DNA of 64,000 nucleotides from Bigelowiella natans CCMP2755 (lineage: Eukaryota > Protista > Cercozoa), in NCBI GenBank assembly GCA_000320545.1, contig ADNK01000630.1, forward strand, positions 1 to 64,000, written 5' to 3'. Under the pieces are notes generated by a model. The model had not been told where the DNA came from, ran no database searches, and saw only the letters and a program-made list of their open reading frames with translations. This document shows positions 1 through 12,649 of this stretch, piece by piece. Position numbers and translations under genes: made by a program. Numbering within the stretch: the first letter of the stretch is position 1; every line of letters starts with the position of its first letter.

Positions 1-1042
1 GGAGAGAGAGAGGGTGAGAGAAAGAAAGAATAAAACAAAGCAAACACTACATCTCCATCTCTATCACCATCATCACCATCATCATTACAATCATAATTAC
101 AATCATCACCATCATCATCGTCATCATCATATCTAACCTTCTACTACCTACCACCCTACCTCAAGTGTTGCGCCCCCCCTTTACGATGGATCTTCAAGGA
201 GTAAACAGCAGCAGCAACAACAAACAACAGGATGACAATAGCTTACAACTCCAACTATTTCACCACTATCATTATTAAACTACGTAACTATGAATATTAC
301 ACACAACAATAATAACAACAACAAAGGAGGGATGGGGAGGAGGAGGAGGAGGATACTATTGAATATGGTATTGGCAGCGCCAAGTTCTCGAAACTCCTAC
401 AATCTTCTCTTCTCCTTCTTCTTCTTCTTCTTCTTCTTCTTCTTCATTCCATATATTACAAAGCACACCTCAGTATCTAGGTGCAAAGCGATGAGATCTA
501 AATCGACTTTGCCTTGATTGGATTATCGTGATGATCGTTTCACACAGGGAAAGGGCGAGGCAGACAATTAATAATATTAATAATAATAACAGCATACTAG
601 AGGAAAGATTTAACAAGACCAATTGTTACTTGATTGGAGTGTAATACTATTTAGAGCTTATTTTTGATTTCATTTGTTCAATATTAAAGCAGCAGCAGCA
701 GCAGCATCAAAATGGATGGATGAATCCGTACTTAGGGTTGCCAGATCACCACTCTTAGCAGCAAATGCCTATGATGATGATGATGATGATCATGATGATG
801 ATGATGATATATAATACATTTTATGCTTAAATTTGATTAGCTTTCTAAGAATAAGATACTTTGGCAGCAGTATCATCGTTTGTACCTTTGCTCGTTGGGT
901 TGCGTTTATTCCAGGCTGCATGACAAATACAGAAAATGGAAGCTTTGCCAGCTAATCAATCAATCACAACGAGAAGAAGAAACAGAGGTAATAAAAACAA
1001 TTAGCAGCAGACCCAATAACCGAGTAAAAATACATCTCTGTT

Positions 1043-1087
<45 letters not shown>

Positions 1088-2565
1088 CTAAAGAGAAGAG
1101 AAGCATGGGTGTTGTATGTTTGGATTTTGCTGCTATCATATCATCTTTTCAAATAATGAAATGTTAGGATTTGGTGTATTATTATTATGAGTATTGTTTC
1201 TCAACAGTACACACAACAAACAGTCAAGAGTTCATAATATTAGTATGTAGGAGGAGGAGGAGGAGGAGGAGGAGGAGGAGGAGGAGGAGGAGGAGGAAAA
1301 GCTCCTGTTAATGATTCTGGATCATCAATTGTGGCACCGATGTAACTATCGATTGTAACGATGCTGATGATAATAAGTCTTCTTCTCGCAAAATAAAGAA
1401 ACATCAATATTACTACTTACCCTCTCTCGCACATTGCGACTTATGACTTCACCAAGAACTCCCCTGTGTTGTTACCATCAAAATACAACATATCACCTCC
1501 TTAACGGCCCATTCTTACCATCTCATCGTTTTCATCAGCACTTTGAGTAACAGCACCATCTCCGTTATGTCAACATTGTATGCATTTTTATTGCTCCGTC
1601 GGTACTAAAGATGGAATCCATTGATGATCTCATCATCGTCGAACAATACCTTGTTGTCACAATGTATGCATTGTCTGCCACTGCATCGCTCACAGCCTTA
1701 GATGATGAAGAACAAATTCACATTCAAAAGGAGTCTTAACAAGAAAGCGATAACACACACTTTCTGTAATATGATATGGATTGATTATACTATGTTCATC
1801 AATCACACTACCACATACATATTAAAATGCAAACAAAAAGTATATGCAAGTACACGCACACGCACACACACACGCACACACACACACACACACGTGTGTG
1901 TCATGACTACTTCCTGCGGAAATCCAGTGATGCCTCTTAAAAGAACGTTTGTATCTACAATCCAAATCCTGGTATTTTATGTCATATAATTTTAAATCCA
2001 TTATCTACTTTATTTGCGACAACGTTGATAAAGACCAGCACCAATCTTTAGTGAATGTTTTTCATACTGACTGTTTGGAATGATGCACAGAAGCAGCCCA
2101 AGAAGAAGGATCATCAATTATTTCATGTTTAATGAAGCTCAGGTCGTTTCGCATCTCATCTAACTCGATACAATTTCCATATCTAAGATATATAACAACA
2201 AATATTTGTAGTGAGTAAGAGCGTGCTAGCACGCATGAATTATCATCATCGTCCATGTGCGCCTCATTGGTAGCAGCTTTGCACGATACTATGTTGTACT
2301 GCAGGGTTGCACACCACCTTTGTTTGCCACCTCTCAGCCGTCCGCCACCATGAAGCAAATTGTAAGTCTCCATCATTCCCCATCCACCTCGGCCTGATGG
2401 CAGCAACAGGTTTGTCTCAAAAAGTACTAGTATGCATGCGACACTCTTAATGGCGCACTCACTTACTTCGAAGAACAATAACAATGTAAACACAATATAA
2501 TTTGTTTGGTGCAGCCTCCCCCATCTTCGTCCTCCTCATCCTCCGCTGGTGGTGGTCTTGATAGT

Positions 2566-2601
<36 letters not shown>

Positions 2602-2735
2602 GTCATTGATGAGGAACAGGAACACGATGATGCTTTAACTAGTCGAAGAACTTGATCTACTACTCCTACTACTGTATGTTCTATTTCTACTGGTACGTCA
2701 ACCCAAAATTCCTGTCGCAATTTGAAATTCCCCAT
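1..2735 (-). CDS. Multi-exon hypothetical protein, 3' end probably beyond the left edge of the window
   Basis: ATG at 2735 (MGNFKLRQEFWVDVPVEIEHTVVGVVDQVLRLV). Several non-repetitive segments bounded by AG/GT on the minus strand translate openly (LAKLPFSVFVMQPGINATQRAK, AFAAKSGDLATL, KVDLDLIALHLDTE, EFRELGAANTIF, VYSLKIHRKGGAQHL). The full exon chain was not resolved and no family was recognised. Confidence 0.45.
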
Positions 2736-2868
2736 CGTTGTCGTCGATTATGTACGTGTTAGTCCGACTTAAAATTATTATCATCATTATTCCAGGAGAG
2801 AGGGAGTAGGCTCACCATCCCCTCCCTCCCCCTCTCTCTGCTTCCCATCAACTTCATTGCTACCATTC

Positions 2869-4321
2869 ATGACGGATGAAAAGCCTAGTTCATCCTCTTC
2901 CTCTTTTCCACCCCCCCCCCCCTCCTCCTCCTCTTCATCATCATCGCACATTCGTTATCGGTTGGAGCGGTTATGGGATGCGGCTCAACATTATGTAATG
3001 CTCTGCCCTCCCCTCTCAAGGTCGTCTAATGGACAATATGGACATTTAGACATGAGATCAGGTCATTCTATTGTGTACCCCAACGTTGTTTTAGGTGCTA
3101 CCTTCGACAAATGAGGATATTGGCAAGAAATTCTGGACAAGGCAAGTTTGCTTTTGTATTTTCATGACGAAGAGAGAGGCGAATTAATTGCTGTCGGAGT
3201 AATTGTGGTGTGTTTACAGTCCTTCACCCAACAATAAACTCCCAGTTCTGCACACAATGTAGTTCGCTATTCGTCCCAGGGTACATTTAAGTATTAATCC
3301 TCATATTGCAGTGAGTTGTACATCGTGCTGTAAATTGACTACAATGTTTTGATTTTTTCCTGGCACATTTGCCAAAAACTTATAACAAAGGGTGAATTGC
3401 AAGGTGAAGGTTCTCGCTCTTAAGCGCGGCCATTGCATGCTCAAGTCTGTTGCAAAGACATCCCCAAAGCCACATCTAATGGTCGTTGCTGTGCAGTAAC
3501 TTCTATCCAGAAGCTTTATGATCGATGCTTGCCTTAATTCTACCTCCCAGGAATACAGTTGCAGCGTCTGTAAAACAACATCTACGAAGAGGGCTCTCAC
3601 CCTAGCGGACCATTTTAAGTAGAAAATCATGAATTTTTAACGACAACAATATTTGATATGAGTGAATCTTTCTTAAAGCCGAAAGGAGACTGTGACCAAT
3701 CGTAGAGCCAAGGAGAAAGAAACAATTAGGAAAAAAAAAAACAAGTAATTTGATTTTCTTCAAATTAGTGGCAATCTTTGTTGATAAAATATTTTGTGTA
3801 CGATCTTCTGTATCTATCCATCTGTCTATCTATCTACGTGTGGATGTTGGTGGGTGGTAGGTTGAAGTCCCTATCAAAGGCAGATAAGAATAATCGTGAT
3901 CGAAAGGTTCACTTTCGTTGCTGTTGTTATTTAGAACTCATTGTGAATGAAATGGATGATCCTAGAAGTGTTATTTTGATCTCTAGTTCTCATTCGCTGC
4001 AGCTAAATCAATGAAATCAGATAAACAGGTTACGTGGTAGAAACAGACATCTGATAAAACAAATAATGTACGTGTGTTTTATTGTTAGGGAGTTGCAAAC
4101 CCTGCATTGGTGGAAGCGAAGCAAAAACTTGCAAGTTGTTTGTTTCCTTAAGAAGATACGTAGTTAATAATTCTTGACTTATGACATATCCATCAGGGAA
4201 AAGAAGACGCAAAAAAGGATCTTCGTTGCAAGATCGGGTCGCTGCTGCATTTGGAAAGAAAAAAGAGGAAGATAGTGGAGGGAGCGACCTTTATCACCTT
4301 CTGAATATGTTCAATAATTAA
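2869..4321 (+). CDS. RPP21: RNase P/MRP protein subunit Rpp21/Rpr2-like with basic C-terminal extension
   Basis: Spliced translation RYRLERLWDAAQHY..PPLSR|CYLRQMRILARNSGQ|VLHPTINSQFCTQCSSLFVPG|VNCKVKV...|EYSCSVCKT matches the Rpr2/Rpp21 pattern (RLxxLxxAA...CxxCxxLxxPG...CxxC). Lys/Arg-rich exons continue to TAA at 4319-4321. One intron needs a GC donor (AAG|GCAAGT, ~3142). Confidence 0.8.
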
Positions 4322-4449
4322 TACATGTACATTTTAGTTTTACATCAGGCTCATGTTAGAAAATTTATGATGCTGTGTTGAATCCTGAGCATACCATCCG
4401 TGCGAAATCGAGCCTACTTTGGTACACAAGTTCTACTATGCTTCAGGAA

Positions 4450-4776
4450 ATCAGCTATGATGCACGCACCCATTATGCCGTCGCGGGCTAAGTACCTTAA
4501 GTTCACGTGGCAATGTGCACGCTTGTACGTGATTGCAATTTTGAGCTAGGTTTCGATGATAAGGCATCATTATTGGGGACGCAACTTTGCGTTTCAAGCG
4601 CGGAAACTCAAATTGCGCCTCCCGCTGGCACAGGAATTTGGACAGAATTGGTGCACGAGGCGTCCTGAACAGACGCGATGTCCATGTTGTCACGCATGTG
4701 CATGTGTGCATGTGCACATGTGCATGATCAGCTGTGATGCACGCACCCATTACACCGTCGCGGGCTGAGTACCTCA
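4450..4776. repeat. 50-bp direct repeat pair (4450-4499 and 4727-4776)
   Basis: atcagctatgatgcacgcacccattatgccgtcgcgggctaagtacctta vs atcagctgtgatgcacgcacccattacaccgtcgcgggctgagtacctca; 45/50 identical. Confidence 0.95.
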
Positions 4777-5750
4777 TCATGGAAATCCTCCAAAATCCTC
4801 TGTCTTCAATGTGCGAGATGGCGGATGGATTTCTTTCTGTTCAAGACTTGAGTTTCTCAAGATGTTTCTGGTGTGTTTTTCCCTTGAGTTCTTGGGTAGT
4901 TCGAGGCACTGCATTTCGCACACTGCACGAAGCAAAAACATTGACCTTCATCGTGCTGTGCACGGGCAACAAGCTTCTTCCGTGCATCAGCTGTGCATCG
5001 CAATGTTGTTCGTCCCATCGTGCAATTGCAGCACCCGCCAAAGCTGTGCACTCAATCGTGTCAGGTCGTGCACGATCCCACGTGTGCATTGTGCAACTTC
5101 AATGATTTCTTTCTCTTCCGCTTTGAATCGAACGTGCGGTTGTCCAGATTGATCGCAAGTTCTTCTCCTGCGAAGAACTCAGCTGTGTGTCGTGGCTTCA
5201 TCACCTGCCCTAGTGCCGAATCTGTGCACGAATTCGTGCATGTTCATCAGGTGTGCGTCTTCGTGGGCCTGCTTCAAAAAGCTGGAATGGAATCAAGAAC
5301 GATGGCAGCCGGGACTGGCCAGCTGGGGAAGAACAAGGCCGTGTGTGATCAGTGCGCATGCTGTGATGCTGTGTTGAAATTTGCATGTGTGCGCACGTGC
5401 ATGTGCACATGCATGCACATGTCTAGATGTGCATGCTATAATGCACACGATCGAAATGGGAAGCGCTGCTGCTTTTTTCACTGCACACATGGCGCTGCGA
5501 TGTGTAGCAAAAACTTCAAAGCCCAAGCTTGTCAAGGCTAGCTAGAAGGGATGTTTTTCAAGCTACGACGCACATAGCGCTCCGATCCTTTCATGCCATG
5601 TGCTATTTTTATTGTCCATCCTATAATCCAGTCCGCGATGATCGCGCCACAAATTAATAGGGGGCAGCATGTCATGCCATGCTACGTGCGCAAGAAAGCT
5701 GTTTTTGCAAAAACACACGGAGAGAGCAACTTTTGTAATATGGCCACTCT
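4450..5750. other. TpA-depleted, TG/CA-enriched intergenic island
   Basis: Only 4 TA dinucleotides counted in 4621-5400 (780 bp); CpG remains abundant. Confidence 0.9.
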
Positions 5751-6112
5751 GACGAATAGCTACATCGGAACATCGGAGCACCACGATCACTAAAGGTCGT
5801 ACTTGTAGCATAGTAGTAGTGATAGTATGATGGTGGTAACTATGATGGGGACTGATGAAATGCATTTAATTCTCTATGTCGAAGAATGATTGTTGTCTTC
5901 GAGTCGATTAGAATCAGCAAATGGTTCGCAATTTGTGACAGTACATACAATACGAATCCTGTTGGGAATTTCAAGTTGAAGTAGTGCTGCATGAGATTTC
6001 ATTTGTAAAATTAATTGGTAGTTGGTGCTTCATTTGGTTTTGATTTTGGCAGCCTAATGTTTGCCTTTCCTTATTGCTAGTTTAAAGAAATAACGCCATG
6101 ATGCACGAATAT

Positions 6113-7041
6113 TTAAACATTGGAGTTGTTAGGGTTTCTATAGTCCTCGATGTCCATTTTTAGCCTGTGATCCTGAATCCTTGATATTAGCTTTGCCTGC
6201 AATTGTCACTGGGTTACCATTAAGAAATAGCTATGCTTGAAAGCGGTACCTTATTTCCTGATGATGCAAGTCCGAATTTTTGCAAATATCCGCGAAGGTG
6301 GAGTATGTTCCTTTCTTTTAGTCGTCCGAATTCAATGTGATCCACACTTGTGTAGTCCACAAACTGAAGGGGAAAATGTTCCATAATAAGGTTCATGTAT
6401 CTGAAGAACAAATCTTTTTTATAACACACATACATTGACTTCGTTTTGCTTTCCTTCATTCATAAAGGCGACGAATCCCTTGAGCCCTTTCGCTGAAAAT
6501 GTTCCAATTTGGAATTGATCAGCAATGCCAACAAAATCTTTGGTAGAAGCTTACCGTTGACAGGTCTTGAGAAAACTTTCCTTCTTTTCCTTTTTCTTTT
6601 GGAAGTCTGGGTTTCTTCGTTCTCCTTGTTGCTTCTAATAATTATCAATGTAAAAATTTTAACACATCCATTTAACATTTCGGAGTTATCACGTACCGCT
6701 TCATTCTCCTCGAATGCCGTATGTCCTCAGTCTTTTTTTGTCCCAAAAGCCTCACTAAGAAATCGTCGTCGTTGAAGCTGACTTCCTTATATTTTTCTGA
6801 AACCAGGATTATCATTTTTATCATGAACAAATCGCGAGCATGATATTTACCACAACCTGCAGAATCAACGCTGCTGCTCACGTACACTGGGGTCTCCAGC
6901 TAAAAAGAAATTGAAAATTGTCAGCTCAACTCCAAAAGTCAATTCGGCATTGTGTCTTACTTCCCATGGGCGCGGTTTAATCTCGGTGAGGACTCCACGG
7001 GCAGGGAGATCGCAGAGGAAGCTTCTTTCTTCTGTTGCCAT
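6113..7041 (-). CDS. DDA1-like N-terminal motif plus C-terminal SAP domain protein
   Basis: Six-exon model: MATEERSFLCDLPARGVL...PVYVSS...DDFLVRLL (resembles the FLxxLPxRG...VY...NILxRxL DDA1-type motif), a basic NLS-like stretch (KRKRKRRK), and LHLRGYLQKFGLASSGNK|AKLISRIQ (SAP consensus LxxxLxxxGLxxxGxKxxLIxRL). Confidence 0.7.
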
Positions 7042-7611
7042 TGGAGCTCTCGGTTTCTGAAGTGGGATAGGGTGGAATTGGAGGGAAGCAGTTTGCTAAT
7101 AATGTGCGAATTAATCATGATGTTTTCCGAAGAATTCGACCAGCAGTCGCTTATTTAAATTTGAACGCATTTCTCTTATGTTTTAATTGTTCATAACAAG
7201 TTATGTGAAAAATCCTTGGAGACCAAAAATTCTCCATCATTTCACCAAACATGACTGTTCACATGCACCAACAACAAACAACAATAACAACAACAACGAC
7301 AACAACAACAACGACAATAACGACAACTCCAAAGCAGACTCCATGCGAATCTACTAGTCTAGGTGTAACCAACATAGCTGGGAAGTCAAGGGCGCGAAAA
7401 GAATAGCTAACTAACTAACTAACTAGGGCTGCGGTCAGTCGTCATCATTATCATCATCGTTATCATCATTATCATCAATTATCATCATCATAACACATTT
7501 AAAAAATATTGACAGTATTCGTCTAGACCGATCTAGCGTCACGATGTTCCTGTCATAAAAGGGAGGGGAGACGCTAATTGGCGGTCGGGGTTTCGTTTTG
7601 AACAGCGAAGG

Positions 7612-7661
7612 ATGATCAAAAATGCGCTCAGGAAGCGCCGCAAGCCTAGAGCAGGTAAATG

Positions 7662-7700
<39 letters not shown>

Positions 7701-8754
7701 CCATTTACCTATGTATATAAGAGATTAACAGACACCTTGCGTTCAATAGGCGATTCGATTTCTGATCGTAAAAAGTCCACTCGCGCTAGCAAGGACCCTT
7801 TTGCTTTCTTCGGGATAGTTGGATTGGCTGCAGCTCTTTTTGTCATATCATTCATGGTATGACTATTATCGCACTCAATTAACTTTTGGACGAGATTAGG
7901 CAACAAATGATGTTTTGCACCAGTCGTTTTGGCATGCAGTAACTCAACTTGTTTATCACTTATGTTGTTTTAGGGGTACAGAGTTGTAGCGAAACCCAAA
8001 GACACCTTCTTGGATCCAAGGTAGTGTTGAGATTTGTTTATGCATTTCTAGCAGCTGAATAGTATCGTAATATTGCTGCTACTGTGCTTCGCCTATAGGT
8101 GGCGTTTCTGGCAGCTACAAACTGATAAGTCAGGAACAGCATCCTGTATGCAAATAACGAAGAAGATAGATTTTTGTCAAGCAAGAGATGTGGGGGGAGG
8201 CGTAACTTGTCAACAGGATGATCATCATGCTGGATTTATGATGTGTGAGATCCAACAACCTACGCTGAAGAAACTGCCTTCAGCTGTTGATGCTACGGTA
8301 TGGCTTTGTTGTTGTTTAAATGAGTTAATCTACATGGCGACTCGAAAAAGAAAATCAACCTAACACACCCGCATTCATATATTATTCTAAAAATTAAAGT
8401 GTGCTTAGCGTGTGCTTAACTGACTTGTACTGCATAATACTTAGGGCATGCTTTTGGGAGGGGCAGTAGAAACATCATCTTGTAAACGAAACTCAGTTCC
8501 GCTTGGCAAAAACGTGAAAGCAATGTGCCCACGAAAGGCGATTCAAGCCGCTTTAAAGTCAGCAACAGCAAGAACTAAGCTGCTTCCCGCTAAATGCAAA
8601 TCATCCCTTCCAGAAGGTGGACAACAAGGGGACAACGACGTTGGGATTTTAATTGTTATGGATCCAACATCTAGCAGGACAATGATGATGTTGCGAAGTG
8701 CAGTTGAGAGTCATCGTGGTAAAAAGAAGGGAGGAAGAGGAGACGATAAATCAA

Positions 8755-8785
<31 letters not shown>

Positions 8786-10535
8786 GGGACTCTTGCTTCG
8801 ATCTAGTCAAGCTTTTTTGGAAGACATATTCATTGTGCTCTCAGCTAGGGAAAAATCATCCTTATCATCATCATCATCATCATCATCATCATCTGCTACA
8901 CCACCTCTCCCTGCATTCACGGTTGCAATAGTAGGCGCCGGGAAGGCACAGGAGACTATGATTAGCATGTGGAACAAGATCGGGAAAAGGATTCCTGGCT
9001 TCAAAGCTGCTGTTTCAGAGTCTGGTCTCCTTAACAGCTCCCCAGATGGAAGAGCTACCAGCAATAGTGCCTCCTCCTCCTCCTCCTCCTCCTCCTCCTC
9101 CTCCTCCTCCTCTACGAGTATAAGAAGCGATGAAGAAGTTGGTATATGGTGCTGGCAGTCGATAATATATTTGCCAATGACTCCTCGTGTCTCTCCTCTT
9201 GTGAAGATGCAAGACCAAGACACTGCAGCACATTGCATCAATACCGATCCCGTCATGATGTTAATGTCTAATAGCTTAGCGACAACAATAACAACAACAC
9301 CAATGATGGCGAAGAACTCCCCGTTATCTTCTGGAGGAGGAAGTACTGATGATTATCTCAAGTATGAATCTGCGGATGCATATGCTGGGAATGATTATGG
9401 GCGTCCAATGGGGATAAGGAGAGGAGGAGGAGGGGACAGTAACAACGCCTTGGAAAAATGCAAAAGGTGGTGCTCTGACTCTCAGTTGTGCACGGGATTT
9501 AGCCTCTTCCAAGGCATCTGCTACTTCCGCAACCAGAAGGACTTGGTAGTAGTAATATTAACCATGAACGCCTCCAGCCGTACTACTCTTAATAGTAGTA
9601 GTAGTAGTAGTATAAATTTAGTATTCATGATTAGTTAACTAAGAACCTCTCTTCTTATTATTATTCTTCTGTTGTTGTTGTTGTTGTGTTCCGTATCAAG
9701 GAATCCAAGAAGGAGTTTACAGCGGGCGCTGATTTATATATATTAACACATAGAGCTGCTGGTTCTTCTTCTTCTTCTCCGTCATTATTGCATGTTGCTG
9801 ACAAATTCTTGGGACAAAAGGATATTGAAGGAGCACTCGGTGGTCAAAGTCAATATTATAACCTGCAAATCCTATCAGTTGATGATGATGAAGAGGAATA
9901 CGTTCACGCACTCTCTTCCTCCTCCTCCTCCTCCTCATTAACTACATCGATCGAGCAGTTTGCTGACACCTTATTGGAAAAAGGGGACATTGTCACAATA
10001 AGCGGGAAATCTGGACTTCTGTTTCCATCTCTCCCCTTGCTGCTTAAGCCTTGCTCAATCCTCATAGTTTTAACACCACCCAACGATCGAGGTGAATATC
10101 AAGATATAGCGATGATACCCCTCACAAGGTAAAGAAGAAGGAGAAGAAGAAGAAAGAAGAAGAGAAGAAGGAGGACAGCGGAAGAAATTATATGAATAAT
10201 ATTATTTGCTGATAATCTGATTATACGAAGACAAAAAGGAATATATTTCTGCACTCACAAATTCACCACCACACTGTTGTTCTCCTCCTTCTCCTCCTCT
10301 CCCCCCCCCTCCTCCTCCTCCTCCTCCTCCTCCTCACACAGACAGTTGAGGCCTGACGTGACTATTCTCACTGCAAGCTGCTGCTCTCCAAAGACCATGA
10401 TCCCAGCTCTTAAAGATGCTAAGAACATATATCGTGGACGTAACGATCATCATCGTTGTGGTGTAGGAGGAGGAGGAGGAGGAGGAGGAGGAGGAGGAAG
10501 TGATGGTGGAGGCGGATTCCCCCGCACTACTACTG

Positions 10536-10566
<31 letters not shown>

Positions 10567-10831
10567 CCCCGTCATCGTCGCAAACGAAGGGATCGATTCT
10601 TCTCCTTCCAGAGGAGGAGGAGGAAGAGAAAGTACAAATATGATGATGACGCGGGGAATAGAGCATCCAGAGAGTATGGGTAGCATAACTGCAGGGGTAG
10701 CAGGAGACATCGTCAAATTCGTTGGCACCACTACTACTACAAGAGGTGAGTCACTGACTTTGTGAATAATAATACGCAGTATGTATGTATGTATGTATGT
10801 ATGCATGCAGCAGGTAGTACCAAAACACACA

Positions 10832-10895
<64 letters not shown>

Positions 10896-11539
10896 AGGCA
10901 CGCAACAGCATATGTCAGATCCAAGATGTTGTCATCATCAATGTTGACGTAGTAGTAGTTGTAGTAGTAGTAGTAGTAGGTAGAGGAGGTGATCATACTG
11001 AAATTAACAAACTACTCTATCATCAGCAGATGGCCAGCAGCACAGATTAGGCGTGATCGTTCCTTTTCGTGACTCCTCAAACAACCCCACTTCACAAGGA
11101 GCTGACCGAACCAAAAATCTTAACGAATTTGTCCCCTTCATGAGCACCTTCCTTTCGAAAGCGGTGCGTTATTGTGTTTTTGCTCTCTCATCATCACCGC
11201 CATCATCATCATAATGGTGGAAAGTGTTGTTCCTAATATCTTTTGTTTTATAATCGTGATTGTTGTTGTTGTTGTTGTTATATTCAGGGTGTTTCATTCG
11301 AGATAATTGTGGCCGAGCAGACACAAGGACGAATTTTCAACAAGGGGGCTATGTTTAATGCGGGATATATTCTTGCTCATGATCGTGTGGACTATATCGT
11401 ATTGCATGACGTCGATCAAGTTCCTGAAAATCCAAAGAATAACTACGCGTAATAGCAGCACTAGTAGTAGCAGTTAGTAGTAATCATTAATGATACTACT
11501 AGTAGGACGAAGAACTAACTGCTGTAGTACATAAACACA

Positions 11540-11573
<34 letters not shown>

Positions 11574-11786
11574 CAATGAGCCCGACGATGATGATAAATA
11601 GGTATCCGATGCGTCCAACGCATCTTTGTGCAGCATCTTCTCAGTGGAATTATAGGCCCTCTTACGGACAGATGGTGGGAGGGGCCATCATCATGCAAAA
11701 CAAACAGTTAATGGCTGCCATTATCTCTCCCATCCACCATCTGTGTATTATTCATATTCTTAATGATAAAATTATTGTACTACTCT

Positions 11787-11834
<48 letters not shown>

Positions 11835-12638
11835 ATATCGTCAAATGTTCATGCGTGCATACATTTGTGTGCTAGTAGTGACGTAGTAGTAGTATTAGGA
11901 GGGAGAGGAGGAGGAGAATAATCGAATAGTAGCATTGATTGTCTTTGACCCTAATAAGCCTCCCCATGTTACTACTACTACCACTCTACAGCTACGAGAA
12001 AGTCAACGGATTTAGCAATTATTACTGGGGATGGGGCCAAGAAGACGATGACTTTTACTTTCGGCTCTCTAATAGCGGTTTCATGCAGGGCGGAGATAGG
12101 CTTTCACCCGCTATCGGAAGGTGCTATTCCTGATAATCATGTTAACAGCACGTTACTACCGTTAGCTGCTGCTTTAAATGAGAAAAAAAATATGGTCTTG
12201 AAGAAGAAGAAGAAGAAGAAGCTGACTTACTGGAAGCCATCCAGCATTTGCTGCTAATCATTTTTTTGCCACATGCATGTGTACAACTTACAGAGTGGTG
12301 CTTTTCTCACCTAGCAGTGTATTTGTCTTGTGAGAGAAACTCAAAAGATTATGGATATGTGGTGTTTCATGTTGCATACTCATGGTAGATACCGAGCTCT
12401 TTCGCACAAAAGGGTCAAGGATTTAGATGTTACACCGATGTTTAAGCGGCAAAGGAAGCATCTAGATGCAACGATCCATGGGCGCAAAATACCCGAAGAG
12501 GGCTTGCGAAGTCTTGAGTTTAAGTTAGTCGGTGAACCTATATATGATGCTCCGAAAGGGTGCGTGAGGTACCTCATCGATCTTCAATTACCGTGGATGC
12601 CAAGAACTCTGGATGAAAAACCGCCACCTGGCTATTGA
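7612..12638 (+). CDS. Type II membrane glycosyltransferase family 7 (beta-1,4-galactosyltransferase-like) with PAN/apple-like module
   Basis: N-terminal TM (FAFFGIVGLAAALFVISFM). GT7 motifs: VIVPFRD, IIVAEQ..FNKGAMFNAGY, LHDVD (DxD), GGA, VNGFSNYYWGWGQEDDDFYFRL. PAN-like segment YAGNDY...CKRWC....CTGFSLFQGICYF. Confidence 0.9.
10824..10893. repeat. Compound (CA)n(GA)n microsatellite, representative (similar at ~47196-47260 and 49615-49697)
   Basis: Direct reading of the sequence. Confidence 0.95.
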
Positions 12639-12649
12639 TTATTCTATCG

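Noticed and set aside
1911-1968. PIN-nuclease-like motif IWIVDTNVLL on the minus strand
   Set aside because: I could not link this frame to the flanking exons with consistent phase and found no other PIN acidic motifs.
4621-5400. CpG-methylation decay as the cause of the TG/CA excess
   Set aside because: CpG is abundant here and conserved between repeat copies; the missing dinucleotide is TpA.
4451-5865. Dense overlapping Cys/His-rich ORFs on both strands (also 43741-45079, 46253-47049, 35517-35771, 51376-51965)
   Set aside because: TpA loss removes TAA/TAG stops and enriches TGY/CAY codons, so long ORFs arise in all frames. They show no family motifs.
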